Below, piece by piece: positions 52,155 to 63,118 of a stretch of 64,000 nucleotides of DNA. Both the position numbers and the translations under genes were made by a program. Positions within the stretch are counted from its first letter, which is position 1; the number at the start of each line of letters is the position of its first letter. Location of the stretch: sequence record MW388002.1, one strand, 5' to 3'. Under the pieces are notes generated by a model. It was given only the letters and a program-made list of their open reading frames with translations. It searched no databases and was not told the DNA's origin. The stretch is from Acinetobacter phage Mokit.

Positions 52155-54104
52155 ATGGCAGATTTACCAAATTATTCGCATGGGCAATTGCAACGAACAG
52201 TCAATGCTATTCCAGATGTATTTGTCGGTGCAACATTCCAAGAAATAAAAAATTCATTAATTAACTGGCTTGCTGGTCAAAAAGAATTCAAAGACTATGA
52301 TTTTACTGGTTCACGTATAAACGTGCTTCTGGATCTATTAGCGTATAATACACTTTATATACAACAATTTTCTAATACTGCAATTTATGAGTCATTCTTA
52401 CGAACAGCAAACTTAAGAAGTTCAGTTGTACAAGCAGCCCAAGACAATTCATATTTGCCTAGTGGCATGTCTGCTGCAGAAAACACAATTCAACTTCGTG
52501 TTTCTAATCCAACGAATCCTAACAAAATTACAATACCGCGTGGCACTAAATTCTTAGCTTACGCTCGTGAAACTTCTGCCGATCCATATCCATTTGTAGT
52601 TACCGAAGACGTTGTAGCCGTCAAAGATTTCCAAAGTGAGTATTGGCCTATTGTTAAACTAGCACAAGGGCGTATTGTTCGTACTGAGTTATTATTTGAT
52701 AGAAAGGAACCTATTATTATACGTGATCAGTTTATTGACCGTAATCACATACAAGTATTTGTTGATGGTGCGTTATGGACAAACTGGACACATAAATCAA
52801 TGATCACTGCTGGGTCAACATCTACAATTTATTATGTCCGTGAGACTATTGATGGTTTTACTGAAATCTATTTTGGTGAAGGTGAATCATCAATATCTAC
52901 ATCAAGTGGTGCATTAGAAGCAAATTATATTGGTGGTTTGAAGCCTACTCAGAATGCTTCAATAGCTATTGAATACATCCGAACAGATGGCGCAAAGGCA
53001 AATGGTGCACGAGATTTTACTTATGCCGATACACTACAATACATTACCATCAATGAAGTCATTGAAAACTTTAATGATGATCCTGATTATGTAGGCGCAG
53101 ATGGTGGCGGTGACCCAGAAGACAAAGAACGTATTAGAGAAATGGCTGCAGTTAAGCGTGAAGCGCAAATGCGCTGCGTAACTGCGTCAGATTATGATGC
53201 ATTTGTATCAGAGAGATTTGGCTCAATCGTTCAGGCCATTCAAACATTTACCGATTCTGATAAACCTGGATATGCTTTCATTGCTATTAAACCTAAATCT
53301 GGGCTATACTTGACTGCTGTTCAGCGCGAAGACATTCAGACGTATCTTAAAGAGTATAATTTGGCACCAATTACTCCTTCAGTGATTTCACCAAATTACT
53401 TATTCATTAAGCACAACATTCGTGTAACGTATGCAATAAACAAATTGCAAGAATCCGAGCAATGGTTAGAATCTAGAATTTTAGACCAAATCGATCGATA
53501 CTACATAGAAGACGTCGAATTATTCAATAAATCATTTGCGAAATCAAAAATGTTAACATTCATTGATAACGCCGATCATTCTATTGTAGGTTCTTCTGCT
53601 TCAATACAACTTGTGCGAGAAATTCAGAACTTTTATGTAACACCAGAATCTGGGATTAAATACTATAACACAGTTAAGCCTAGATCAATTGAATCAAATG
53701 AATTTCCATTTATTCCAGGTGGTGATTCTGATGCATACAATGTTAAAATAATTTCTACTGATGCAGATGCGAATAACAAAGGAAGTATTTTAGTAGGTCC
53801 TTTTATTCCAGGTGACATCCCTGCTCATATCACTCCATATACTGCCAATGATTTTAATAGAGAGGTCAGTGGCGCACAATATGTCTATTATAAAATAGGT
53901 GAAGCCAATTATACCACAGATTATGTGTATTGGAATATGGGTGCATTGGATGTGACATCAGATAAGTTTGAAGTTCAACAGATCGAATTATATTCGGATC
54001 CGTCAGCAGATAATATTTTTACAAGAGATGGTTCATTAATTGTATTTGAAAATGACTTACGTCCGCAATATACAAAAATTACTTTAGAGGCAATCACACA
54101 ATGA
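52155..54104 (+). CDS. 6: baseplate wedge protein gp6
   Basis: 649 aa, operon order. Confidence 0.85.
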   Translation: MADLPNYSHGQLQRTVNAIPDVFVGATFQEIKNSLINWLAGQKEFKDYDFTGSRINVLLDLLAYNTLYIQQFSNTAIYESFLRTANLRSSVVQAAQDNSYLPSGMSAAENTIQLRVSNPTNPNKITIPRGTKFLAYARETSADPYPFVVTEDVVAVKDFQSEYWPIVKLAQGRIVRTELLFDRKEPIIIRDQFIDRNHIQVFVDGALWTNWTHKSMITAGSTSTIYYVRETIDGFTEIYFGEGESSISTSSGALEANYIGGLKPTQNASIAIEYIRTDGAKANGARDFTYADTLQYITINEVIENFNDDPDYVGADGGGDPEDKERIREMAAVKREAQMRCVTASDYDAFVSERFGSIVQAIQTFTDSDKPGYAFIAIKPKSGLYLTAVQREDIQTYLKEYNLAPITPSVISPNYLFIKHNIRVTYAINKLQESEQWLESRILDQIDRYYIEDVELFNKSFAKSKMLTFIDNADHSIVGSSASIQLVREIQNFYVTPESGIKYYNTVKPRSIESNEFPFIPGGDSDAYNVKIISTDADANNKGSILVGPFIPGDIPAHITPYTANDFNREVSGAQYVYYKIGEANYTTDYVYWNMGALDVTSDKFEVQQIELYSDPSADNIFTRDGSLIVFENDLRPQYTKITLEAITQ

Positions 54105-57100
54105 CAATAAAGGCACCGACAATCACAAGTTTGACAATAGCTAAGCTATCTGCTACTGCAGTACAGCTAACTTGGGACGATGTGGGTGAGAATTTTTATT
54201 ATCTAGTTGAAGTAGCAAGAATGAGAGAAGGTGACCAAATTACTTGGTCACCGCTCGGCTACACAGCAGAAAATAGATGGTTCTCAGCCGATCTAATAGC
54301 CTCAGTCTTTTATAAATTTAGAGTAGCAGTTGCTTCAGCAGGATTCGATCAATCTGATTGGGTAGAGACTGAAGAGTTTCAAACATTTGAACAAAATGCG
54401 TATACATTTGAAGTAATGAATGAATTAACTTTGAACAAACAATTCATTAACGAAAAGTTTGTCAAAGGTAACAACTCATTTGTTGATTTCAACACTGATG
54501 TCATTCATGCAGCATTGACAAATGAATCCTTTACATATTCTGATGCATATACCGACATTTCACAAATTCGCCCATTTATTATTAAAGAAAATGAATACCA
54601 TGAAATTCAAGGTGATATTACGTCTATTTGTCGTGATTTAGATCGCATGTATTTAATGGAAGACGATGGCGTGCTATATCTTTTCGAACGTTGGCAGAAT
54701 CTCGTTAAAGTATCTAATGACAAAGGCCAAAATTGGCAAGCTGTAGCATTAATGAATGACCGTGTAGGATGGCCACTTTCAAAGACCGTGTTCTATCAAA
54801 ATTCTACTACAAATTTTGTATTAGGCTGGGATTACTTATTCTACGGGCGCAAATCGACCGACGTTAGATGGTCATCAGATGAAGTAAGATTCTCTAGTGA
54901 TGATGTAACCTTTGCTAAAATTGGTGATACATTAAATCTAGGCTTTGACGTTAACATTTTTGGTAATTATGCAATGCTACCTGGTGATGTGGCTAAAATA
55001 GGCGAAGCAATAACATGTAATGATGAATTTATTTACATTGTTGCACGCGACAAAGTGCGATTTATTAAAGCAAAGAATCCACCGGTTGATGATGTTCCAG
55101 GGTCTCCTACCGAAGGCCAAAAAATCTTTGAAAAAGATTTTCACAACATAACAGGCAATAATAAGGCTGTTACATGGAAGATGGATTCAGTAGATGGGCA
55201 GATTTTTGCATTAGTAATAGGTGAAGTTGCAAACTATGGCGATGACCCACGTAAAGTCCCGATTAAGGATTCGTTATCTAAAGGCGTGTACTGGTTGAAA
55301 GATCACGATGCAGGCACATGGGTTCGAGTTTTTGGCAATACAGAAGAAGAACGTAGACGTATTGAACCTGGCTACACAAATATGTCATGCGATAATAAAG
55401 AAATTTTCATTTCATCTAGTAATTACAAAGTTCTACCTAATGATATTGTAGATGATCCTGCTACTGTTGCTAAATATCCTGAATTAGTTAACAAAGCTGT
55501 TAAGAATTTGTATGTACCGCAATGGATCCATGATAAACACTTAATGATGATGTCATTTAGAGCTAATGGAGAAGATGGATGGGATAAGTGGGCACCAGGA
55601 CGCATGAGATATTACGCTGAGCCATATTTCTCTAAATGTACTAATTCTGGTACAAGATGTTGGGTTAATAACTCTAACAAAGTTGTAATGGTGTATTCAG
55701 ATGTTCAGCATGAGTATGCTATTGATCCATTCCCGGCATCATCACCTAGTAGATTTATGAAAGAGGTGTGGCACACAGGGGATTGTACTGTTATTTTCCC
55801 TAATATTGAATTTAAAAATTTTACACAATATTCAAATGGTGTTATTTTCTTTAAACAATCTGGCGAATTAATAGGCTATTTTGAATTCAATTATCGTGTC
55901 AAAGATAACGTCAGAATAGTTTGGAAACCTACTAACGTATTTCTTAAAGCATACATGCAGAATCAGACACGTGAAGATCCATGGACTCCTGATGATGAAG
56001 GTGGTTACAATAACCCTGATTTAAGACCATTTTTGACTCGAATGATTCCAGATAGTTACTTAATGCAAGATTCAAACTTTGAAAAATTTTGTGAGTACTA
56101 CATTCAATACATTTCAGATGGATACGGAACGCCATATAACAACTTGGTTAATCTCATCCGAGATAAGTATCCTAAAGAGAAACATTCTTGGGAGTATATG
56201 TGGTCGGAGATCTATAAGCGAAATATTTATCTGAATAGAGATAAACGTGATATGGTAGCTCGTTTATTTGAAACTCGTAAAAATGACTTTTATTCTACTA
56301 AAGGCATCGAAGCATCATATAAATTTCTGTTTAAAGTTTTGTATAATGAAGACGTTGAAGTCGACATCGAGTCACTTAATGGTCTTGAATATGACATCAT
56401 TGTTGAGTCAGACAACATTAGCGAGGATTTAGCCGGGCGTACTGTTTACACCGCTACCGGACGTTCCAATGTTACATATATTGAGCGCCACTACGCTAAA
56501 GGTAAATTGCAATGGAAATTAACAATTCATAACTTATTAGGGAGATTTATCGCTGGACAGGAAATTTTATCTGAACGAACTAATTTTAAAGGTATGATTG
56601 TTCAAGGCGTTCGTGGCAAGGATATGACATCTAACACTATTGAATATATCAATAGAGGAAGAGCATATTATGTTATGAAAATCAAATCTGCTTTGCCATC
56701 ATCTCGTTACCGTGATGACGTTCTACGATTTGTACATCCAGTAGGTTTTGGCTTTATCGGTATTACACTGATTACAATGTTTATCAATTCAGGACTTAGT
56801 ATGAAGCATACTGAAACTGTGATAAATAAATTAAAAGTATATAGATGGGATTCTGGTATTCCGTCAATGTGGCCCGACAGAGTTGCAAAACTTGGTCCTA
56901 CTGGCAAAATTGACAGAGACCCAGTTACTGGTGAACCAATTTATCTCGATCACCCGAATAAAGGCCAGGAGTATGTGCTGACTGCACAACAACAAGCAGA
57001 CTATCTTGCAAAAAATCCTGGAAAGTTCTATGGATTTAATGCTATGCAATTGAGACGCCCTATGAGCCCATTATTCGATCAATCTGCTGTTACATTTTCT

Positions 57101-57193
57101 AGGTTTAGAAATCTAGTAGATGAACGCCTTAAAGACAATATAGGCAATCCACGTGACCCAGAATTCCCTACACAGGTGCAAGTAAATGAATGA
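54101..57193 (+). CDS. 7: baseplate wedge protein gp7
   Basis: 1030 aa (T4 gp7 1032 aa). Confidence 0.85.
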   Translation: MTIKAPTITSLTIAKLSATAVQLTWDDVGENFYYLVEVARMREGDQITWSPLGYTAENRWFSADLIASVFYKFRVAVASAGFDQSDWVETEEFQTFEQNAYTFEVMNELTLNKQFINEKFVKGNNSFVDFNTDVIHAALTNESFTYSDAYTDISQIRPFIIKENEYHEIQGDITSICRDLDRMYLMEDDGVLYLFERWQNLVKVSNDKGQNWQAVALMNDRVGWPLSKTVFYQNSTTNFVLGWDYLFYGRKSTDVRWSSDEVRFSSDDVTFAKIGDTLNLGFDVNIFGNYAMLPGDVAKIGEAITCNDEFIYIVARDKVRFIKAKNPPVDDVPGSPTEGQKIFEKDFHNITGNNKAVTWKMDSVDGQIFALVIGEVANYGDDPRKVPIKDSLSKGVYWLKDHDAGTWVRVFGNTEEERRRIEPGYTNMSCDNKEIFISSSNYKVLPNDIVDDPATVAKYPELVNKAVKNLYVPQWIHDKHLMMMSFRANGEDGWDKWAPGRMRYYAEPYFSKCTNSGTRCWVNNSNKVVMVYSDVQHEYAIDPFPASSPSRFMKEVWHTGDCTVIFPNIEFKNFTQYSNGVIFFKQSGELIGYFEFNYRVKDNVRIVWKPTNVFLKAYMQNQTREDPWTPDDEGGYNNPDLRPFLTRMIPDSYLMQDSNFEKFCEYYIQYISDGYGTPYNNLVNLIRDKYPKEKHSWEYMWSEIYKRNIYLNRDKRDMVARLFETRKNDFYSTKGIEASYKFLFKVLYNEDVEVDIESLNGLEYDIIVESDNISEDLAGRTVYTATGRSNVTYIERHYAKGKLQWKLTIHNLLGRFIAGQEILSERTNFKGMIVQGVRGKDMTSNTIEYINRGRAYYVMKIKSALPSSRYRDDVLRFVHPVGFGFIGITLITMFINSGLSMKHTETVINKLKVYRWDSGIPSMWPDRVAKLGPTGKIDRDPVTGEPIYLDHPNKGQEYVLTAQQQADYLAKNPGKFYGFNAMQLRRPMSPLFDQSAVTFSRFRNLVDERLKDNIGNPRDPEFPTQVQVNE

Positions 57194-58190
57194 TAGTTCT
57201 ATGGTTTACCGTGCGATAATAACATCAAAATTTCGTACGGAAAAAATGTTAAATTTTTATAAATCTATTGGCGATTCCGCAAATGACAATACGATTTATT
57301 TGACCTTTGGGCGTGATACGCCCTGGTCTCCTTCAGAAAATGAGCCTGGATTTGCTCCGCCTTATCCGGTCGATAGTCCTGCCGGCGTTACTGATGTATG
57401 GACAAATATTTTAGGTGCAGTAAAAGTACAGCAATCTTATCTAGATGCAGTCGTGCCACGTAAAGATTGGGGTGATATACGTTATCCTAATCCTCTAACA
57501 TTTCATATTGGTGATATTGTTGTAACAAACACTATGCCTAATAACAGAGCTCCATCTGCTGAAGGCTGGATGGTATATAAAGTGGTCGATGTTCCTGATG
57601 ATGGAACATGTTCTATAAGCTCTATTACTAACAAGGATGAATGTCTAAAACTTGGCGGCAAATGGACTTCTGGCGTAGAAAGCTTCTTTCCGCCTACAGG
57701 ACGAGGTGATACTGAAGGTTTGGTTGATACCGGCGATGGATACTTATGGGAATACCTATATGAGATTCCGCCTGATGTTTCAATTAATAGATGTACAAAC
57801 GAGTATATTGTAGTTCCATGGCCAGACGAAATCGCAGCTGATCCAAAACGCTGGGGCTATCAAAATAATTTGACTTGGCAACAAGATGATTATGGGCTAT
57901 TGTTCAGAATCAAAGCAGTTATTATGAGATTTAAGGCGTATCTTGATTCAGTATATTTCCCGGAGGCATCTATCTTAGGAAATAAGGGATTTAGGCAGAT
58001 TTCCATGATCATGAATCCAATTGAAGCAAAAACTGACCCTACTGAGCCTAATAAAAAGGCGACAAAAAACTATTATGGTAAAACTGGGCTGTTTAGACAT
58101 TCAGGTGAAATGGTCTACATTGAGAATCGTCAACCTATTATTCGAGCACTCGACCAGACGGAAGAAGTCAGTATATTTTTTGAATTTTAA
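57186..58190 (+). CDS. 8: baseplate wedge protein gp8
   Basis: 334 aa (identical length to T4 gp8); terminator hairpin 58194-58213. Confidence 0.85.
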   Translation: MNDSSMVYRAIITSKFRTEKMLNFYKSIGDSANDNTIYLTFGRDTPWSPSENEPGFAPPYPVDSPAGVTDVWTNILGAVKVQQSYLDAVVPRKDWGDIRYPNPLTFHIGDIVVTNTMPNNRAPSAEGWMVYKVVDVPDDGTCSISSITNKDECLKLGGKWTSGVESFFPPTGRGDTEGLVDTGDGYLWEYLYEIPPDVSINRCTNEYIVVPWPDEIAADPKRWGYQNNLTWQQDDYGLLFRIKAVIMRFKAYLDSVYFPEASILGNKGFRQISMIMNPIEAKTDPTEPNKKATKNYYGKTGLFRHSGEMVYIENRQPIIRALDQTEEVSIFFEF

Positions 58191-58193
58191 CAT

Positions 58194-58213
58194 TTGGGAC
58201 CGTTTGGTCCCAA
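58194..58213 (+). terminator. hairpin terminator after gene 8
   Basis: ttgggaccgtttggtcccaa, 7-bp GC-rich stem. Confidence 0.55.
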
Positions 58214-58228
58214 AGTTGTATAAATATT

Positions 58229-58236
58229 AAAATTAT
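58229..58236 (+). promoter_or_regulatory. late promoter TATAAATA for gene 9
   Basis: gtTATAAATAttaaaattataagaggattacgtATG. Confidence 0.6.
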
Positions 58237-58249
58237 AAGAGGATTACGT

Positions 58250-59116
58250 ATGTTCATACAACAACCTAAAATGGAAATTGATGTTGGCGAAATTGGTAAT
58301 GCATCTACTGGAGATATTCTTTTTGATGGTGGAGAAAAGATCAATAGTAACTTTACTGCAATTTACAATCAGTTTGGCGATCAGCGAATGTTCAATGCTG
58401 GTACACAAGTAGGCAACCAGACGATTCATGCAACTGGGTATTATCAAAAGGTATCAGGGCTAGACTTACGTACAGCACTAACTCTAGGTTCAATGTGGGA
58501 TATTGATACAAATCCTACCGGTGGAGCTAACCCTATTTTGCCTAAAGGAAAAATAGGCGAATGCGTAAAATTTATTAATTCCAATGGAAGCTGCTCAGTT
58601 ACGCAACCTATTGATATTCAAGTCATCGATGGCTCATTTGTAGGTGTCCAAGGCAGCCTTAAAATTACTCAGCCTTATTGCATGGTCGATTGCTGGTGCA
58701 TTGGCTTTTCTAACAATATACCTATTTGGAATTATTCTATTCGATCTATGTTTGGGTCATTTGAAACTCCTATCCAAATAACTAAAGCTGTGTCGACTAC
58801 TGCACCTACAGTCATCCCTATTGCACATTTTAGTGAATATAACTCTTTGAAGCTATTAATTACTGCTCAAACTTCTAATGGCGAAATTTCCAGACAGTCT
58901 GAAGTCAATTTACTTATTGACAGATATCTTAGAAATGTACATCATACTGAATTTGGCGTTATTAGAATAGGCAATAAGTCTGAAGAAGATGAAATTGTAG
59001 ATATTAAATACGATATATCATCTACTGGCATACTTAATTGCACAGTAACAACTAAAGTGAATAACATGCGTATTGCAATCAAGAGCATAGCGACGCAAAG
59101 ACTCGGGTCAGCATAA
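58250..59116 (+). CDS. 9: baseplate/long-tail-fiber socket protein gp9
   Basis: 288 aa; late promoter TATAAATA at 58229. Confidence 0.85.
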   Translation: MFIQQPKMEIDVGEIGNASTGDILFDGGEKINSNFTAIYNQFGDQRMFNAGTQVGNQTIHATGYYQKVSGLDLRTALTLGSMWDIDTNPTGGANPILPKGKIGECVKFINSNGSCSVTQPIDIQVIDGSFVGVQGSLKITQPYCMVDCWCIGFSNNIPIWNYSIRSMFGSFETPIQITKAVSTTAPTVIPIAHFSEYNSLKLLITAQTSNGEISRQSEVNLLIDRYLRNVHHTEFGVIRIGNKSEEDEIVDIKYDISSTGILNCTVTTKVNNMRIAIKSIATQRLGSA

Positions 59117-60933
59117 TGAAAGAATTAGTAAATATCGGACAAATGGTTGATGATGGCACTGGAGACTATTTGAGAGAAGGTGGAATAAAGATTAATAATA
59201 ACTTTACTGAAACCTACGATCAATTAGGCGATGGTAAAAATCTTCACCCTGCTGGAGCTTGGCAGACTATTGAAGCTCATAAATTACCAAATAACACATT
59301 AAATGCAGTGTTTGGAAAATCTTACGCAGTTGATACTGGTACATCTCGTGCTGTTATAAAATTGCCTAAAGGTACACCTGCAGACTACAACAAAGTAATT
59401 CGAATTCGAGATACGTTTTCGACCTGGCAAGCAAACTCGGTTACAATTGAGCCTGCTAGTGGCGACACACTTAAAGGTGGTGGTGCAAGAGTATTCACTA
59501 CAAATTTAACTGACCTTGAACTTGTGTATTGTCGTCCAAACCGCTGGGAATACCTTCCTAATAAACTCCTTAATAAAATTTCAAATGGCGACATCGCCAC
59601 TGTGATGAAAAAGGAATTTTTATGTACTGAAGGACAAACAGACTTTATTAATATCTTTGGCAACAGTGATTATAATTTAGTCAATACTCATGTTTATCTT
59701 CGAGGTAACCTATTGTATTACGGTGATGACTTTAGCGCAGATTCCGATTATGGGTCACCGGGTGCCGCAGCTGGACAGTTAGTTCCATTAGATGCAAGAA
59801 GCATTAGACTTAGAGTACCTGCAGCCAAAGGCGATTCACTCATGGTTGTTACCTACCTTGATGGTATTGCGCAATTTAGATCAACATATAATCGTTTAGA
59901 TTTATCTTTACTTGATAGTAAATTAACAAATGAAGAAACTGCTCCTGGTGCTAGACTGGTAACAGATTTAAGTTCTTTGACATCTATTACCGTAGAGCAA
60001 ATGGGCTATGTCTTTAATAGTAATAGCGGTCTTATCAATACTGAAACACTTGAAGTTTATTTGAATGGTGTTATTTTAAATATGGCCGGGCGTGCAGGTC
60101 TTCCAATGATGTATTGTGAAGGCGCAGATGCCAATAATTTAACAGATTGCCAACTTATGGGCGGTAATTGGACTCAATCTCATAAAGATTATACAATTAG
60201 TGTTAATGACAACGGTGCAATCACAAGTATTGAATTTGGAAGAAAATTTGAGCATGGCGACATTCTCACAATAAAATGGTACAATAATAATATTGGCACA
60301 ACAATGGAAATTGACGATATCACTGTTATTACAGATGATATGTATATAGCTCGTGGCGGTGAGTATGATATTACTAATGCAGTTCGAGTTACAGACTACT
60401 CAAATCCTGTTCTCCCGAATGTTGAACCAGAAGCTCCCAAATCAGTTCGTATCCAAGTCCCTGGCGATATGTTTGATTTATTGTATCCAATTGGCACCAT
60501 TTATGAAAATGCAATAAACAAAGCAAATCCTGTTACTTACATGGGCTTTGGTGTTTGGAAGCTCTGGGGTATGGCTAAAGTTTTAGTCGGTTGGAATGAT
60601 GATATTCAAGATACCCAATTTGGATTAAATAATAATGACTTGGACATCAACGGGCAGCCTACGCACACTGCTGGTGGTACCGGTGGTTCGAGAACCGTGT
60701 CAATTGACAATGATAACCTTCCTGCAACCTCTACAGATAAAGAAGTATTAGTTGCGGATAATGATGGTTCTGTTGTAATCGGTGGTTGTCAATTTGATCC
60801 AGACGATAGTGGTCCGGCATATCATAAGTATCGTCAAGAAAAAGCAACGACAAATATTTCACATGCGCCGCCTAAACCTATTGAAACATTAGATCCATAT
60901 ATCACAGTATATCGTTGGATGAGGATTGCATAA
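59116..60933 (+). CDS. 10: baseplate wedge protein gp10
   Basis: 605 aa. Confidence 0.85.
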   Translation: MKELVNIGQMVDDGTGDYLREGGIKINNNFTETYDQLGDGKNLHPAGAWQTIEAHKLPNNTLNAVFGKSYAVDTGTSRAVIKLPKGTPADYNKVIRIRDTFSTWQANSVTIEPASGDTLKGGGARVFTTNLTDLELVYCRPNRWEYLPNKLLNKISNGDIATVMKKEFLCTEGQTDFINIFGNSDYNLVNTHVYLRGNLLYYGDDFSADSDYGSPGAAAGQLVPLDARSIRLRVPAAKGDSLMVVTYLDGIAQFRSTYNRLDLSLLDSKLTNEETAPGARLVTDLSSLTSITVEQMGYVFNSNSGLINTETLEVYLNGVILNMAGRAGLPMMYCEGADANNLTDCQLMGGNWTQSHKDYTISVNDNGAITSIEFGRKFEHGDILTIKWYNNNIGTTMEIDDITVITDDMYIARGGEYDITNAVRVTDYSNPVLPNVEPEAPKSVRIQVPGDMFDLLYPIGTIYENAINKANPVTYMGFGVWKLWGMAKVLVGWNDDIQDTQFGLNNNDLDINGQPTHTAGGTGGSRTVSIDNDNLPATSTDKEVLVADNDGSVVIGGCQFDPDDSGPAYHKYRQEKATTNISHAPPKPIETLDPYITVYRWMRIA

Positions 60934-61592
60934 TGGATAGCAAAAATTTATCATTAACACATAACACCTCAAGAGATGCTACTCATCATGAATTTGATGT
61001 TCAAGAAGGTAGTATTTTAGTAGGTAACAATCAGCCCGTCGGATCGCCAACAATTAGAAGTACTGCAAAAGGTGTTACGTACCCTAACGTTCAAGCTGCA
61101 ATTGACGATGTAGCTTCATTGTATGAACTTCCACTCAATACTGTCATTATAACAGATGACGGTATTGCGCCAGGAGGTCGTCCTCAACAAGATGAGTTCA
61201 AATTCGCAGGAATTGTATCTTATCCGGGCAAAAGTACTAATGATCCAGTCCAATTTAACTTTTTAGGATTTGTCGTAACTGTACTAGTCGGTGAAACGGG
61301 TGAAATGGTCGCTGCTAAAGTCCTTAGAGAGCTTCAAATCGCAATGGCTAATAAACTTGTTATAAATCGAGTCAATTTCGGTGCGTCGAACGACATCTTA
61401 CAAATAGTTTACAATGATTGCCAAAAGCATGTTATTGAGGAATTTGTTGAATGTGGTATACGCATTACACAGACAGTACTTACACCTGCTCGAACAGGGT
61501 ATGGAGTTTGGTCACGCCTCGGAACACAGACAATTAAATTGGACGGCGCTACTGGCGATTCAGTGTTATATTACTATAAGAGAGTAAGCTAA
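60915..61592 (+). CDS. 11: baseplate wedge protein gp11
   Basis: 225 aa. Confidence 0.8.
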   Translation: MDEDCIMDSKNLSLTHNTSRDATHHEFDVQEGSILVGNNQPVGSPTIRSTAKGVTYPNVQAAIDDVASLYELPLNTVIITDDGIAPGGRPQQDEFKFAGIVSYPGKSTNDPVQFNFLGFVVTVLVGETGEMVAAKVLRELQIAMANKLVINRVNFGASNDILQIVYNDCQKHVIEEFVECGIRITQTVLTPARTGYGVWSRLGTQTIKLDGATGDSVLYYYKRVS

Positions 61593-63118
61593 TGGCATTT
61601 ACACCGTTAAACAATACATATAAACATATTGCGGATGATGCAAAGTATATATCATTCGACCCTGTTGGGACAAATTTCCCGTCAACAGTAAAAGATGTCC
61701 AATCTGCACTCAAACTGACATCGCCTACTGCATATGCCACGACCACACAACCTGGTGTGGTCACATTGGCTACTCGCGATGAAGTTCTCGCTGGCACAGA
61801 CAATAAAAAGGTTGTTACACCTTATACATTGAGTGAGCGTCTCAAATTTCCTGATGCTACTACTACTGTTAAAGGCCTAGTAACATTGGCAACAAATGAT
61901 GAGGCCAATACAGGTACATTAACAATAAATAAAGCAATAAACCCAGCAAGTTTAAAATATACATTAGATCAATGGTGGAAGAAATTCTCTTCTGAAACTG
62001 CCTATGGCGTTATAAAATTATCTACACAACAAGCTGCTCAAGCCGGTGTAGATGATTCTACAGCAATGACTCCACTTAAGGTAAAACAAGCCATTGCAGC
62101 TGCAACTGCTAATATTCCGCAGCCTACTACTGCAACAGAAACTGCACCAGGTCTTGTACAATTAGCAACTATTGGACAAGCCCAAGCAGGTACATTGCGT
62201 GATGGGTACGCGGTCTCTCCGTATACTTTGCAACGTATAACAGGGAGCCTGACAACTAGGGGTATGGTTCAAGCGGCTACTCTTGCTCAAGCTAATGTTG
62301 GTACGGACGATTCATTATACATTTCCGCAAAAGGCTTCAAAACGTATAATGCTAATGCATCAAATTATGGTACTGTCAAATTAACAGATACTCCTGGCGC
62401 AATTGGACCGGGGCTAGTTTTAAGTTCAACTGCCAAAGTTCTAAGTACTATTTCTACAGGTGTTCAAACTGTGACAGGTGAAGTGAATTTCACCGGCACA
62501 CTAAAATATAAGTCATCACCTGTTTCATCTGAACAATTTGTTAGAGATTCTATTCCTATCGGATCAGTACAAATGTGGTTAGGAACTACAGCGCCTGCTG
62601 GAGGCCTATGGGCAATCTGTGACGGTGGTGCAGAGTCAAGAGCAGCACGTCCGGATCTATTTGCAGTAATTGGATATAGATTTGGTGGCTCTGGTGACGT
62701 ATTCTATCGCCCTGATATGCGTGGATTATTTGTTCGAGGAGCAGGTGTCGGCAAAGATATTCAAAATGCTACTGGTACTGATGAATTTGGCAAGCCAAAA
62801 TTAGGGAATAATGCATTTGGAGCAGGTGTCGGCGAAGTGCAACCTCAACAGATCCGTGAACACCAACACGTGACTCCATTTGGTGAAGCGTATACTGGTG
62901 GATCACGTTGGCCTTGGGGAAGAACTACATTGGCAGGAAAATTTGGTTCTAACGGCGGAGAAGATTGGGATAACTATTATCCATTCAGTAATAATGGACG
63001 AGAAATTGAAGACGCTGCAATTAGAACATCATACACTACAGTGAATAGTAAAGATTTGATAGGCGGAGAATCTAGACCATGGAACATGTCAGTAAATTAT
63101 ATTATTAAGGTGGCTTAA
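61592..63118 (+). CDS. 12: short tail fiber gp12
   Basis: 508 aa with repeated T.[YT]..G[VL]V.LAT...A..G. beta-helical repeats. Confidence 0.85.
   Translation: MAFTPLNNTYKHIADDAKYISFDPVGTNFPSTVKDVQSALKLTSPTAYATTTQPGVVTLATRDEVLAGTDNKKVVTPYTLSERLKFPDATTTVKGLVTLATNDEANTGTLTINKAINPASLKYTLDQWWKKFSSETAYGVIKLSTQQAAQAGVDDSTAMTPLKVKQAIAAATANIPQPTTATETAPGLVQLATIGQAQAGTLRDGYAVSPYTLQRITGSLTTRGMVQAATLAQANVGTDDSLYISAKGFKTYNANASNYGTVKLTDTPGAIGPGLVLSSTAKVLSTISTGVQTVTGEVNFTGTLKYKSSPVSSEQFVRDSIPIGSVQMWLGTTAPAGGLWAICDGGAESRAARPDLFAVIGYRFGGSGDVFYRPDMRGLFVRGAGVGKDIQNATGTDEFGKPKLGNNAFGAGVGEVQPQQIREHQHVTPFGEAYTGGSRWPWGRTTLAGKFGSNGGEDWDNYYPFSNNGREIEDAAIRTSYTTVNSKDLIGGESRPWNMSVNYIIKVA

Noticed and set aside
51115-57049. 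Short minus-strand ORFs inside genes 5, 7 (51115..51306, 55423..55605, 55944..56135, 56707..57049)
   Set aside because: Antisense within a contiguous late structural operon
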